Position numbers and translations under genes: made by a program. 64,000 nt of DNA from an uncultured Methanomassiliicoccales archaeon (GTDB taxonomy: Archaea; Thermoplasmatota; Thermoplasmata; Methanomassiliicoccales; UBA472). The notes beneath the pieces were generated by a model, which worked only from the letters and a program-made list of their open reading frames with translations, did not search any database and was not told the DNA's origin. Below, in pieces: positions 10,281 to 20,841 of this stretch (positions are counted from its first letter, which is position 1; every line of letters begins with the position of its first letter). The stretch lies in assembly GCA_963710685.1 (NCBI GenBank), contig CAVQBH010000009.1, positions 555,818-619,817 on the forward strand. Reading direction: 5' to 3'.

Positions 10281-10939
10281 CAGTCCCTCAGCCTCCTCAT
10301 GAAAGTGGTGTCGACCGTCTCGAAGGTATGGTTGATCTTGAACGCGAATATTCCCATGATGATAGCGGCCACCAGTACGTCAAAGAATATGCCTATCTCA
10401 ACGATCATCGGCATTCCGTAGGTCAGGGATATCGCGGCCAGGAACAGCCCGTTCTCCATCATCAGCAGGCCGACGATCTCGGTCATGGCCTTGCGGCGGG
10501 CGATGATGACGAAGAATCCGATCAGCACCACCGCGAGCGATATCGCCAGGCAGTTCTTGGTGATCGCGCTGCCCTGGGCAATGATGGGCGAGGAGATGTA
10601 GTAGGCGATGAAGGTGAGCGCCCCGCAGATCAGGAGCGACCCGGGAATGCTGACCAGGGGTTCGACCTCCTTCTTGACCTTGATGCGGTCCACGGTGTAG
10701 TCCAGGAACCTCGGGATCACTATCACCTTCAGGACGATCGTCAATATGGCCACGATGTAGATGTGGTCCGCATTGGTGTAATAGGCGACCGCCGCGGCCA
10801 GCAGACCCAACGCCAGCGACCCGAGCGTGTACGCCCTCACTATCTGGTGCATGCGGACGCCCGCCACCAGCACGAATGCGAACAGCAGGATCAGGGCGGC
10901 CAGCCCGTTGATCACGTCGGTCAGAAGTATGTCGCTCAT
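10280..10939 (-). CDS. HyfE-like small membrane subunit
   Basis: 219-aa multi-TM protein with an ...IVGLLMMENGLFLAA... block. Size and operon position match HyfE. 1-nt overlap with the next gene. Confidence 0.6.
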   Translation of the reverse strand: MSDILLTDVINGLAALILLFAFVLVAGVRMHQIVRAYTLGSLALGLLAAAVAYYTNADHIYIVAILTIVLKVIVIPRFLDYTVDRIKVKKEVEPLVSIPGSLLICGALTFIAYYISSPIIAQGSAITKNCLAISLAVVLIGFFVIIARRKAMTEIVGLLMMENGLFLAAISLTYGMPMIVEIGIFFDVLVAAIIMGIFAFKINHTFETVDTTFMRRLRD

Positions 10940-10949
10940 CTCGTTCGCC

Positions 10950-11897
10950 TCATAGAATGTAGAATGACATCACCGCCAGCAGGGCAAGCGTGAACGACAC
11001 GGTCAACAGGTTGGGCAGGCGGAACAGGCGCAGCTTCGATATCGATGATTCGATGATGGCGACGATCAGGGCCAGGAACAACACCTTCACCAGGATGGAG
11101 ACCAGACCGGCGCCGATGCTGAACGCCGACAGGTCGTTGGCGATCCCCCAGGGAAAGAACACGTTGGACAGAATGGTGAAGTACAGGACCAGCCGGGTCA
11201 TGCTGGAAAGTTCCATGAGCCCCAGCTTCTTGCCTGAATACTCGAGGATCATGCCCTCGTGGATCATGGTGAGCTCGAGGTGAGTGGTGGGGTTATCGAC
11301 AGGTACCCGGGCGTTCTCCGCTATGGTCGAAATGAAAAATGCGGCGGATGCCAGGAACAAGGCCGGACGGACCAGGTCGATCCCGGAGACGGAGAGCGCA
11401 CCGGCGATCGTGCCCAGGCTGGTGGTGCCGGTGATGAGCCCCATGGCGAAGATCGAGAGCAGCATCGTGGGCTCGACTATCGACGAAACCATCATCTCCC
11501 TGCTGGAGCCCATCCCGCCGAACGCACTGCCCGCGTCCAGGGCGGCTAGGGCGGTGAAGAACCGCACCGTGCCCAGCAGGTAGACCACCACGATGAGGTC
11601 GCCGACGAAGCCCAGGGTCCGGGTGACGAAGACCGGGACCAGGAGGGCGGCGATCAGCACCGCGGCCATTGAGATGTAGGGCGTGACCGAGAATATCCAC
11701 GAGGTGTCCCTCGAAACGACCGAGTCCTTGCGGAAGTATTTTGCTATGTCTCGGTAAGGCTGAAGAATGCTGGCACCACGCCGCTGTTGAGCGTACGCCT
11801 TGATCTTCCTGATGATGCCGGTGACCAGCGGTGCTATGGCGAGCAGGAGAAGGGCCTGCAGGACGCTCAGCACGATATCGATGTATATCTGGTCCAT
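10950..11897 (-). CDS. NuoH/HycD-type membrane subunit
   Basis: 315-aa polytopic protein with a HEGMILEYSGKKLGLMEL block typical of HycD/NuoH. Confidence 0.8.
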   Translation of the reverse strand: MDQIYIDIVLSVLQALLLLAIAPLVTGIIRKIKAYAQQRRGASILQPYRDIAKYFRKDSVVSRDTSWIFSVTPYISMAAVLIAALLVPVFVTRTLGFVGDLIVVVYLLGTVRFFTALAALDAGSAFGGMGSSREMMVSSIVEPTMLLSIFAMGLITGTTSLGTIAGALSVSGIDLVRPALFLASAAFFISTIAENARVPVDNPTTHLELTMIHEGMILEYSGKKLGLMELSSMTRLVLYFTILSNVFFPWGIANDLSAFSIGAGLVSILVKVLFLALIVAIIESSISKLRLFRLPNLLTVSFTLALLAVMSFYIL

Positions 11898-11902
11898 TCA
11901 CA

Positions 11903-13922
11903 TCACCTGAATATTATCAGCAGGAACACCAGCGTGGCAAAGATGTAGGCCAGATAGGCTTGGATGCTGCCTGCTTGGATCTTGGTGGCCCTGCTGGCGA
12001 TGGCGACCATGACGGCCACTACCGGCTGGTACAGGTATTTCTCGAAGACTGGGACGACCACGAAGACGTAGGATACCCGCTTTTTCACGTAAGGGGAGGA
12101 TGTCGATTCGGTCTTGACCTCTGGCTTTGGCCGATAGATGTAGCTGAAGACCCGGACCAGCGGGTTGGAGTAAGCGGTGCCGGTGTATTGGTTGCGAGCG
12201 GTGAGCGGGGTGCCGCAGTCCCAGGTGTCCTCGATCACGGTCTTCCTCTTTCCGCCGTAGCGTTTGGAGATCACGATGATCAGCGGGACGGTCACGGCGA
12301 TCAGGATGGCCAGTATGAACGGTGACATCGCCGAGAACTGCTGGTTCGTGGGGCTGATGACAAAACCGTTGACGATGGAGGATGCCGCGGACACCCCTAC
12401 CAGCGGGGTGGTCACCTGGTCCACGTAAGGGATGATGGCGAAGGACATGACCCCGGTCGCGATGCACAGGAAGGCCGCTATCCCGGAACCGACCAGCATG
12501 GTCCGGGGCACTTCCTTGGCGTGCTCAGCGTGCTCGCTCCGAGGCTTGGCCAGGAACACGATGCCGAAGAGCCTGACGAAGCAGACGGCGGCCAGTGCCC
12601 CGGTCAGCGCCAGGATCGCGATGGACACCGGCAGCAGGACCTTGACCGTCACGTCCGGTATCTGGAAGGACTGCAGCAGCGATTGGAATATGAGCCACTC
12701 GCTGACGAACCCGTTGAACGGGGGGATGGCGGCGATGGACAGAGCGCCGATGAAGAATATGATCCCGGTCCATTTCATCCTCTTGGCCAGCCCGCCGAGC
12801 TTCTCCATGTCCTTGGTGTGCGTCGCGAACAGTATGGACCCGGCGCCCATGAAAAGTGCGCCCTTTGAAGAGCGCGTGGTTCATGACGTGCAGCAGGGTG
12901 GCGATGAGCGCCAGTCCGGCTAGCAGGTTCAGATTGTATGACTGGAAGACCATGGCTGCGCCGAGACCGATGAGGATTATGCCCACGTTCTCGACCGTGG
13001 AATAGGCGAGCACCCTCTTGATGTCCGTCTCCATCAGCGCGTACATCACCCCGAGCAGTGCGGAGATCGAGGCCACCAGCAGGACCAGGAGACCCCACCA
13101 GGTGTCGGTGACGCCGAGGAAATCAAAGAAGGTTCGGATCATCATGAAGATCGCGGTCTTCACCATGACGCCGGACATGAGCGCCGAGACGTTGGATGGG
13201 GCGGCAGGATGGGCATAGGGCAGCCATACGTGCAGGGGGATGATCCCGGCCTTGGTGCCGAAACCGATGAAGAGAAGGACAAAGAGCGTGCTCTTGAGGG
13301 CGCTGGGTATCACTGCCCCGACCCCCGAGTAGGATGAGAAATCGAACGAATGGGCGTAGATGCCCATCATGATCAGCGCCACCATGATCAGGGCGGTGCC
13401 GAGATGGGTCATGACCACGTAGAACAGACCGGAGGAGGCAACCCCTTCCTTGCGGTTCTCGTACACGACCAAAAGGTACGAGGTGAGCGACATGGCCTCC
13501 CACACCACCAGGAAGAAGATGGCGTTGCTCGCCGAGACGACGAAGGTCATGGAGAGCAGGAACAGGTTGAACAACAGCCCGAGCAGGCCGACGCTGTATT
13601 TGCCGTCGTATTCCTTTGAGTACCCGATCGAATAGATCGAGACCGCGAATGAGACGACCGAAATGACCAGAAGGAAGAACGCCCCAAGCCGGTCCAGCGA
13701 GAAACCGAAGTGACCGAACGGGGTGTCAAATGGCAGCTGAATGCTCATCGGCGAACCGGCCAGCACCAGAACGGACACGACCGTTCCGAAGAGCGCGGTG
13801 AGCGCTGCGGCGCTGAAGGAGACCGCCGCACATTTCCGCTCCCATTTTCTGAGGGCCACGGCGGATACCGCGCCGACAAGACCGGTTATCGTAAGAAGGA
13901 TGAAGAACAGATCAGCGTCCAA
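11903..13922 (-). CDS. NuoL/HyfB/HycC-type antiporter-like subunit, frame-interrupted as assembled
   Basis: ORF pieces 12525..13922 and 11903..12850 join as ...LLHVMNHALFKG|ALFMGAGSILFATHT... if one base of the CCC run at 12861-12863 is removed. Confidence 0.8.
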
Positions 13923-14233
13923 TGGATGCCCCCGGTGCTCTCGTCACGCTCTTGCTCGGCGGATCCAACGTCCCATTGCAGTTCGTGCTCGTTGTGAAGA
14001 CCTTCCGTGCTTTTTAGGGCAAAATCAATACTGACCTTTAACCTTTCGTTAATGATTTGACCTGGTCATGCATCCATCATCGATGAGGAAGGATCACTGA
14101 CGGATCGATCTTCGCTTCACGAGCGTAGAGACCCAGAAATCCCGATGGCAAATGACCCTTTCTCCAATAGAAAGGGGATCATAGGCCGTCTTCATCTGGC
14201 CGTTCCAGGGAGTTGCCCTTCGATCCTACTCGG

Positions 14234-15615
14234 TCAGATTTCCGACAGTGACAAATCAGCCATCGGCGGCTCCCACGACCATATCGTGCCTCCCGGTCCG
14301 TTGCCCCGGTCATCCACCGGATTTACAGCATCTATCGAACGACCTTCCCCTAGGCCGACCGGCCCTGGGCCTTCCTGGTCGATCCGCGCCACAGCGAAAA
14401 GTAGGCGAACAATGAGGCGAGCAGGACCAGATGAACCGATGAGCCATGCGGCTTCGATGGAATAGAGCCCGGAGACCAAGCCTAGGGTGACGTGAGGCGA
14501 TGACCCCACCCAGTTGGGCGACCAGCGAATCGAAGGACATCAGCGTCGAGCGCTTCTCCGATGGAATCCCCGCGTTATAGGCCGCCGCGTGTGGCGAGCC
14601 CATAAGCCCGATGAGCAGGTAGACCACGAAATAAAAGGCTATGAACCCCCAGGACCGTGCTCTGGATCGCCAGGAGGGCGATCGACGCGGATATGCAGAC
14701 CGCAACGACGACGAGGGCAAGGTACAGATTGCCTTTGAAAAGGTCGACCATCTTTCCTGAAAGGGCGCTGCCCGCGGAGGCCATGAAGAAGTAACCAGCG
14801 GCGACCAACCCGAATATCCAGGACTGGGAATCTGAACCGATGATGCCCTCGAGCTGCGGTTGCCATAACAGCTCCAGACCGAAGAGGGAGAAACCGAGCG
14901 CGAGGGTGGCGGCGAGGAGAAGGCGGGTGTTCCGATCTCGGATCCCGAACTCAACCGCATCGTGCAGTACCTTCGGGACGTCTTTGAACCCCTGGGCCAT
15001 ACCCTTCCGTCCTTCCTTGCCGATTTTCTCATGTATCATGACGGAGGTGAGCGCGAACTGCAGAGCGACCATTGTCATCATGGCGATGAGGTTCGCCGAA
15101 TATCTCCCCATGCCGGTAAGCTGGGCGGCGGCCTCACCGAACAGCATGGGAATGAGGCCGCCGACGAGCGCCCCCAATGCCAGACCTATGGGGATGTATG
15201 TGTTGGCCTTGCCGAGGGCTTCCTGCAGATTCCCGCCCGGGTGCTCCGGATTGAACCCGTCCACGAACCAGGCGTCTATGGAACCGGAGGAAAGGGCACG
15301 CGCCACCCCGTAAACGATGAATCCGACGGCGAAGAACAGCACGTCCCGACCGACGAGGATGAATGAGAGGGCCAGCATAGATACGCATAGCGATGCCAGA
15401 TAGACCCTCTTCCTCCCGACCGCATCGGCCAGTCCGCCGGTGGGCAGCTCAAGCACTATGACGGTGGCCGAAAATAGGGCCAGCACCGTACCCACCTCGA
15501 CCAGGTCCAGCCCTTTGTCCAGCAAGAGCAGCACCATCACCGGGGTGAACATTCCGGGGATGAACCAATGTACCGCCTGGTTGATGATGTAGGTCAAGAG
15601 GAGCCTGTCTGTCAA
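14234..15615 (-). CDS. MFS transporter, frame-interrupted twice as assembled
   Basis: Multi-TM MFS-like sequence runs through three frames. The junctions are ...QSTVLG|FIAFYFVVYLL... at C-run 14646-14650 and ...AQLGG|SSPHVTLGLVSG... at C-run 14504-14507. Confidence 0.7.
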
Positions 15616-16010
15616 CTGGAATACCTCTGTCTCTTTTTAGATGACCGAAATCCCTGGTGCCGTAATAAGGCTAACTGCCGTTCTGCACATGATTCGCATC
15701 CCATAGGGCCTGGTCGGAAATGTCACTGGCGTTTCGGCCGAATGGTGCCCCTGACGAGGAGGCCGTCGTTCGTTCTCTAACCATGATCGTAATGCCAGAT
15801 TGTGGTCATGAGGATGCCGTTGAAATCTTCCGTCTGTCAGTACGAAATCGTGTGCTCCGAACCAGTCGTCCACGTGATGGACCACGTGGTACTGCTCGAT
15901 TAACAAGAGCCTCCTGGCCATGTTTTGGCCCGGAGGAGACAGGAGCAACCCCAAAACGGTTCGTGTACCGACCCTGAGTTTATCCGAACCCACGCCTGTC
16001 CCGATTTTCC

Positions 16011-18542
16011 TCAGAACCCCCTTTTACCGTAGTACCGATAGAAGAAGAACTTGACCACCTCTACCAGGACCAGGTAGGCGGCGATGATGCCGACCAGCGC
16101 TAGATAGAACTCCAGAGGAGGTGTCACGAACTGGAACAGCGGGCCTATGGGTGTGTAGGGGATAAGGAAGCCGATCACGACGATGGTAAGGCTGCTGATG
16201 GCGAGCAGGCGACTGGGTTTGGACCGATAGAAAGGTGTGACGCGGGTCCTGATGACGAAGATGATCAGCACCTGGGTCGCCAAACCTTCGATGAACCAGC
16301 TCGATTGGAACTGCTGGGGCGTGGCATTGAAGATGAACAGCAGCACTGCAAATGTGATCAGGTCGAAAGCAGAGCTCACCAGACCGAAGACGATCGTATA
16401 GTTCCGAATGAACTTGACACTAAGTCGCCGGGGCTTCTCGATGTATGACTGGTCCACATTGTCGGTCGGTATGGTAAGTTCCGAAATATCGTACATCAAG
16501 TTTCCTAGAAGTATTTGGATCGGCAGCATCGGCAGGAAAGTAAGGAACACTGAGGCGGCGGCCACCGAGAACATATTGCCAAAGTTGCTGGACGTTCCCA
16601 TCATGATGTACTTCATCGTGTTTCCATGGGTCTGGCGTCCCTCCAGTACGCCGTCCTCCAACACCTTCAGGTCTTTCTTTAGCAGAATGATGTCGGCCGA
16701 TTCCTTCGCGACGTCGACCGCGGTGTCGACCGATATCCCCACGTCTGCCGCCTTTAGAGGAGGGGCGTCGTTGATGCCGTCACCGAGATAGCCGACCACA
16801 TGCTTGTTCGCCCGCAGGGCCTTGATGATCCTCTCTTTCTCGACCGGGTTCATGCGGCAAAATAGATTGGCCTTCTCCACGATGATGGCCAGTGCCAGAT
16901 CCGAGACGTTGGCGATCTCGCTGCCGAGGACTATGCCTTTCACCTCGACCCCGATGGATTCGCAGACGTGCTTGGTGACCAGCTCATTATCGCCAGTCAA
17001 CACTTTTAGGTCAATTCCCGAATCGCGCATCAACTTGATCGCCGCGGCGGCGCTCTCCTTGGGAGGATCCAGGAATGCCAGGAACCCTATGAAGGTCATT
17101 CCGTTCTCATCCGCGGGCTGATAGGTGGTACGGCCACTGTCCAGCGCCTTCTCCGCGATACCCAGAACCCTGAAGCCTTTCATGCCCATCTGCTGGAACT
17201 TTTCCTGGGCCGAGGCCATGGCAGTGACCATATCTACGGTTCCGGACTTCAATCGGCACTTCGAGCACGCCTTGAATATCTCTTCCGGAGCCCCCTTGGT
17301 GATCAGTATTCGTTCGGCACCTTTCCCCACCACCACTGAAAGCTTCTTTCGGACGAAGTCGAATGGAATCTCGTCCACCTTGGTAAAGGGAGAGGTGTCG
17401 ATCTTACGATACACCAATAGAGCGGCATCCAGAGGGCTCTTGATACCGGTCTCGAAGACGCTGTTGAGGTAAGCGTCAAGGAGCACAGAGTCGTCATCGT
17501 TGCCCTCCGGGTCGACATGCATTATGAGCTCGATCCGGTTCTCGGTGAGGGTCCCGGTCTTGTCGGTGCATAGAATATCCATCGAACCCAGGTCCTGGAT
17601 CGAGGAGAGCTTCTTGACGATCACGTCCTTTCCGGCCATCTTGATCGCGCCCCTTGACAGGACCACGGTTATGATCATTGGCAGAAGTTCCGGAGTGAGA
17701 CCAACGGCCAGTGCCAGAGCGAACAGCAGAGATTGAAGCAGGTCCCGGTTGAACGCCGCGTTAACGACAAAGACGAAAAGCACGAGGAAGATCGTCAGTT
17801 CCGTGATCAGGTACCCGAATTGCCTGATCCCCTTCGTGTACTCGGTGTCTGTCTCCTTGCCCATCAGCTTCTTCGTTATTTGACCGTAGAGGGTCGATGC
17901 CCCGGTCCTGACGATCTCGACGGTTGCGCTTCCAGACACCACGTTGGAACCCATAGAGACGGCGTCTTCATCGGGGTCGCCTTGCTTCTGTTTTTGCGAA
18001 GGCGTCTTTTCAACCGGGAACGCTTCACCGGTCAGGGAGCTCTGGTCGACGAAGAAGTCCTTGGCCACAAGAACCCGCCCATCCGCAGGAACGATATCCC
18101 CTGCAGAAAGCAGGACCGTGTCTCCTGGAACGATCAATGATATCTTGATGTCCTGGGGTTCGCCGTCCCTTATCACCGAAGCCGTGTTAGTGACCTTTTC
18201 CCTGAGCCTCTGGGCCGCCTGGTTGGACTTGTTCTCCTGGTAAAAGTCCAACGTGACGGAAACGAAGACGAGGAAGAAGATTATGCCGGCCTGAACCCCT
18301 TGCCCGGAAAGGCCGGAAACAAAACCGGCGATAAGAAGGATGATAACCAATGGATTCTTGAAATACGAAAGATACTGGAATATTAGGTTCTGTTTCTTCA
18401 CCGCGATCTCATTCGGACCGTGCTCTGCCAACAGCCGACCGGCCTCTTGAGAGGTCAAGCCTGAAAGTCTAGCTTCCGTTCCTTCCTGTCCCTTGGCCGC
18501 TTGGGGTCCCGCAGGAGGAAGTGTGTCCGATCCATCCATCAT
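16011..18542 (-). CDS. mgtA: P-type ATPase, Mg2+-transporting (MgtA-like)
   Basis: 843 aa. Motifs DKTGTLT, TGDN, GDGINDAP. M4 segment TPELLPMIITV resembles the MgtA subfamily. Confidence 0.8.
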   Translation of the reverse strand: MMDGSDTLPPAGPQAAKGQEGTEARLSGLTSQEAGRLLAEHGPNEIAVKKQNLIFQYLSYFKNPLVIILLIAGFVSGLSGQGVQAGIIFFLVFVSVTLDFYQENKSNQAAQRLREKVTNTASVIRDGEPQDIKISLIVPGDTVLLSAGDIVPADGRVLVAKDFFVDQSSLTGEAFPVEKTPSQKQKQGDPDEDAVSMGSNVVSGSATVEIVRTGASTLYGQITKKLMGKETDTEYTKGIRQFGYLITELTIFLVLFVFVVNAAFNRDLLQSLLFALALAVGLTPELLPMIITVVLSRGAIKMAGKDVIVKKLSSIQDLGSMDILCTDKTGTLTENRIELIMHVDPEGNDDDSVLLDAYLNSVFETGIKSPLDAALLVYRKIDTSPFTKVDEIPFDFVRKKLSVVVGKGAERILITKGAPEEIFKACSKCRLKSGTVDMVTAMASAQEKFQQMGMKGFRVLGIAEKALDSGRTTYQPADENGMTFIGFLAFLDPPKESAAAAIKLMRDSGIDLKVLTGDNELVTKHVCESIGVEVKGIVLGSEIANVSDLALAIIVEKANLFCRMNPVEKERIIKALRANKHVVGYLGDGINDAPPLKAADVGISVDTAVDVAKESADIILLKKDLKVLEDGVLEGRQTHGNTMKYIMMGTSSNFGNMFSVAAASVFLTFLPMLPIQILLGNLMYDISELTIPTDNVDQSYIEKPRRLSVKFIRNYTIVFGLVSSAFDLITFAVLLFIFNATPQQFQSSWFIEGLATQVLIIFVIRTRVTPFYRSKPSRLLAISSLTIVVIGFLIPYTPIGPLFQFVTPPLEFYLALVGIIAAYLVLVEVVKFFFYRYYGKRGF

Positions 18543-18649
18543 GCATCAATTGATGGGCACGACTAATCAAACTTCCGAGGTGCCGTAATATTCCGTCGAC
18601 GTTCTAAAGCTAGAAATATGACGAGCCCAAATGATACCTCACTGAGCAT

Positions 18650-19168
18650 ATGGCACCATCCAAACCGATAAGCGCGCTTTCTATACTGGCGGCCGCGAGG
18701 CAGATCGAGATATTCGGAATCCAGTTCTACTCAAAAGTTGCGACCTGCGTGGAGGATGAGAACGGCAAGGCGCTGATGAGGTCGCTCGGCGCGGATGAGC
18801 GCATGCACAAGGAGACGATCGAAGAGGTGATGGAGCACCTCTCCCCAGGCCTGGACCTGGACAGCATTGAACCGGAAAAACAGTTCCTGGACATCCTCCC
18901 GGAGAAGGTGTTTCCGTTCCCTCCGGAGGGCGCCTGCCTGACCGTCGCGGACGAGATCCGGGCGGTCAACATCGGACTGGACGTGGAGATCGCCTCGGTG
19001 AAGATGTACCAGGAAGCCTCGGCGATGGTGGACGACCTGAAGATCAAGAACATCCTCATCACCCTAACTCGTATCGAGGAGAAGCACAAGATCCTCCTCG
19101 AGTCCTCGCTCATGCTGTTGAAAACAGACGGCAGCTGGTACGCGTACACGCCGATCTTGGAGGGGTAG
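18650..19168 (+). CDS. ferritin-like/rubrerythrin-type diiron domain protein
   Basis: 172 aa with two EXXH-bearing helices (DERMHKE, IEEKHKI). No rubredoxin domain. Confidence 0.6.
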   Translation: MAPSKPISALSILAAARQIEIFGIQFYSKVATCVEDENGKALMRSLGADERMHKETIEEVMEHLSPGLDLDSIEPEKQFLDILPEKVFPFPPEGACLTVADEIRAVNIGLDVEIASVKMYQEASAMVDDLKIKNILITLTRIEEKHKILLESSLMLLKTDGSWYAYTPILEG

Positions 19169-19337
19169 ACGGTCTCGGGCTCCGCCCGCGGCGGGAGAAG
19201 CCATATGCCACTTAACAAGGGTATAAGTGGGCGGTCCGTCAGCAGATTTTTATATCCGTCTTCCATGCTTAGTTACCAACCTACCAACGGCTATCGGCTC
19301 TTCATCTGATACCGACCGGTGTTCAAGAGGTATTTCA

Positions 19338-20570
19338 ATGGTCAAATTACCAAAAAGCCTTGAAAGGGATATGGCTGCATGTCTTCAGTGCGGATACTGC
19401 GTCCAGGTCTGCGATACCTACAATCAGAACCGATGGGAGTCGAACTCGCCGAGGGGCAAGGTCTTCTATCTGAACCAATTGGCAAAGAGAAACGCCCTGG
19501 ACACGCTCTTGGGAAGGAAAGTCGTTCTTGATCAAGAGTTCATCGAAGCCCTGTACCAGTGCACTGGATGCGCCAGGTGCTGGACGGTCTGTCACGTCAG
19601 CATAGAGTTCGCAGAGTTCTGGGAAGTGGTCAGGGAATGGGCCGCCGAGCAGGGTCATGGACCTCTGCCCGCCCACATCAAGATCAAGGAAAGGCTGGAA
19701 GAGAAGCGCAACCCGTACGACGAGCCTATGGAGAAGCGCGGGGCCTGGTTCCCCAAAGAGGTGCCGCGCGCCCAACAGCCCGACATCCTGTTCTTCGCCG
19801 GATGCACGGCGTCCTATAGGGCGCCACAGCTGGCCAAGGCCGGAGTGACCGTACTGAGCCGCGGAGGTGCCTCCATCAACATCCTGGGAGAGGACGAATG
19901 GTGCTGCACGTCGCCGGCGCTCAGGACCGGACAGACCAAACTGACCGCCAGGTTCGCCGAGCATACCATCACCCACACCGAGACGATGGGTGCAAAGTCC
20001 ATGGTCATGACCTGTGCTGGCTGCTACAAGACCACCTCGCACGACTATGGCAAATATTACTCCAACCCGGCATTCCTGGTCCAGCACTTCTCTCAAACCG
20101 CCGAGAAGATGATCAAGGACAAGAAGCTCAAGTTCACCAAGGAGATCAAGGCCAAGGTCACCTACCACGACCCATGCCATCTAGGACGGCATGCACAGGT
20201 GTTCGATTCGCCCCGTGAGTGCATCAAGGCAATCCCGGGCGTCACCCTGGTAGAGATGAAACACGTCCGCATGGATTCCCGTTGCTGCGGGGCAGGTGGC
20301 GGCTACAAATCGGCCTTCAATGACATGGCGGTAAACATCGCCGCGGAGAGGGTCAAGGAGGCAGTGGAGACCGGAGCGGACATCCTGGCAACCTCTTGCC
20401 CGTTCTGTGTGGTCAACCTGCAGCAGGGCGCGAAGAAGATCGGTGCCAAAATCAAGGTCATGGACATCTCCGAGATGCTCCTTGAGGCCACCGAGCCGTT
20501 GCCACCGGCGGCCCCAGCGGCTCCGGCCGCCGCACCGGTAACCCCGGCCGCGCCGGCGGAGAAGAAGTAA
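19338..20570 (+). CDS. HdrD/GlcF-like Fe-S oxidoreductase with two CCG domains
   Basis: Two CxxCxxCxxxC motifs (CLQCGYCVQVC, CTGCARCWTVC) and two Cys-rich CCG-type regions (EWCCTSP; CCGAGGG...SCPFC). ATG at 19338 chosen. Pro/Ala-rich C-terminal tail. Confidence 0.8.
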   Translation: MVKLPKSLERDMAACLQCGYCVQVCDTYNQNRWESNSPRGKVFYLNQLAKRNALDTLLGRKVVLDQEFIEALYQCTGCARCWTVCHVSIEFAEFWEVVREWAAEQGHGPLPAHIKIKERLEEKRNPYDEPMEKRGAWFPKEVPRAQQPDILFFAGCTASYRAPQLAKAGVTVLSRGGASINILGEDEWCCTSPALRTGQTKLTARFAEHTITHTETMGAKSMVMTCAGCYKTTSHDYGKYYSNPAFLVQHFSQTAEKMIKDKKLKFTKEIKAKVTYHDPCHLGRHAQVFDSPRECIKAIPGVTLVEMKHVRMDSRCCGAGGGYKSAFNDMAVNIAAERVKEAVETGADILATSCPFCVVNLQQGAKKIGAKIKVMDISEMLLEATEPLPPAAPAAPAAAPVTPAAPAEKK

Positions 20571-20578
20571 ACTCTAGC

Positions 20579-20616
20579 GCCGGTCAAGGACCGGCCTTCA
20601 TTTCCTATTTTCTCAC
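20579..20616 (+). terminator. candidate terminator: 7-bp hairpin + T-rich tract
   Basis: gccggtc-aag-gaccggc (20579-20595), a perfect stem, followed by cttcatttcctattttctc. Lies 9 nt after the stop of the HdrD-like gene. Confidence 0.4.
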
Positions 20617-20841
20617 CTTTGTTAAAGAGGTCCCCGCCGACCTAGGTATTTTCTCTCGTTCTACATCATGATTTCTCCCTCGATCCGTCTCTGCCTCGAA
20701 CCAGTCTCGATCGCGACGATCTGACAACCACCTTTCCACGGTCAAAGCCGTATGATGACACGTCCGTCGTCATTTTCTCATCGACCTGCCACGATCATTT
20801 TGGGGCACTCGCTGGCGCAGAGAAAAACGGGTGGTCTCGAG

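Noticed and set aside
15637-15993. 118-aa ORF in the 395-nt gap between the mgtA-like and MFS genes, considered as a real gene or a Mg2+-sensing leader.
   Set aside because: No family motif is present and the composition is His/Arg-rich and odd, with competing ORFs on both strands. There is not enough evidence for either a CDS or a riboswitch.
20493-20567. Short tandem-looking nucleotide repeats (GCN/CCG periodicity here, and the GAG/GAA tracts at about 49760-49850 and about 51880-51990) considered as CRISPR-like or satellite repeats.
   Set aside because: They are in-frame coding low-complexity tracts (Pro/Ala-rich or Glu-rich). They have no repeat-spacer architecture, and no cas genes are present. 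No CRISPR array is visible anywhere in the window.
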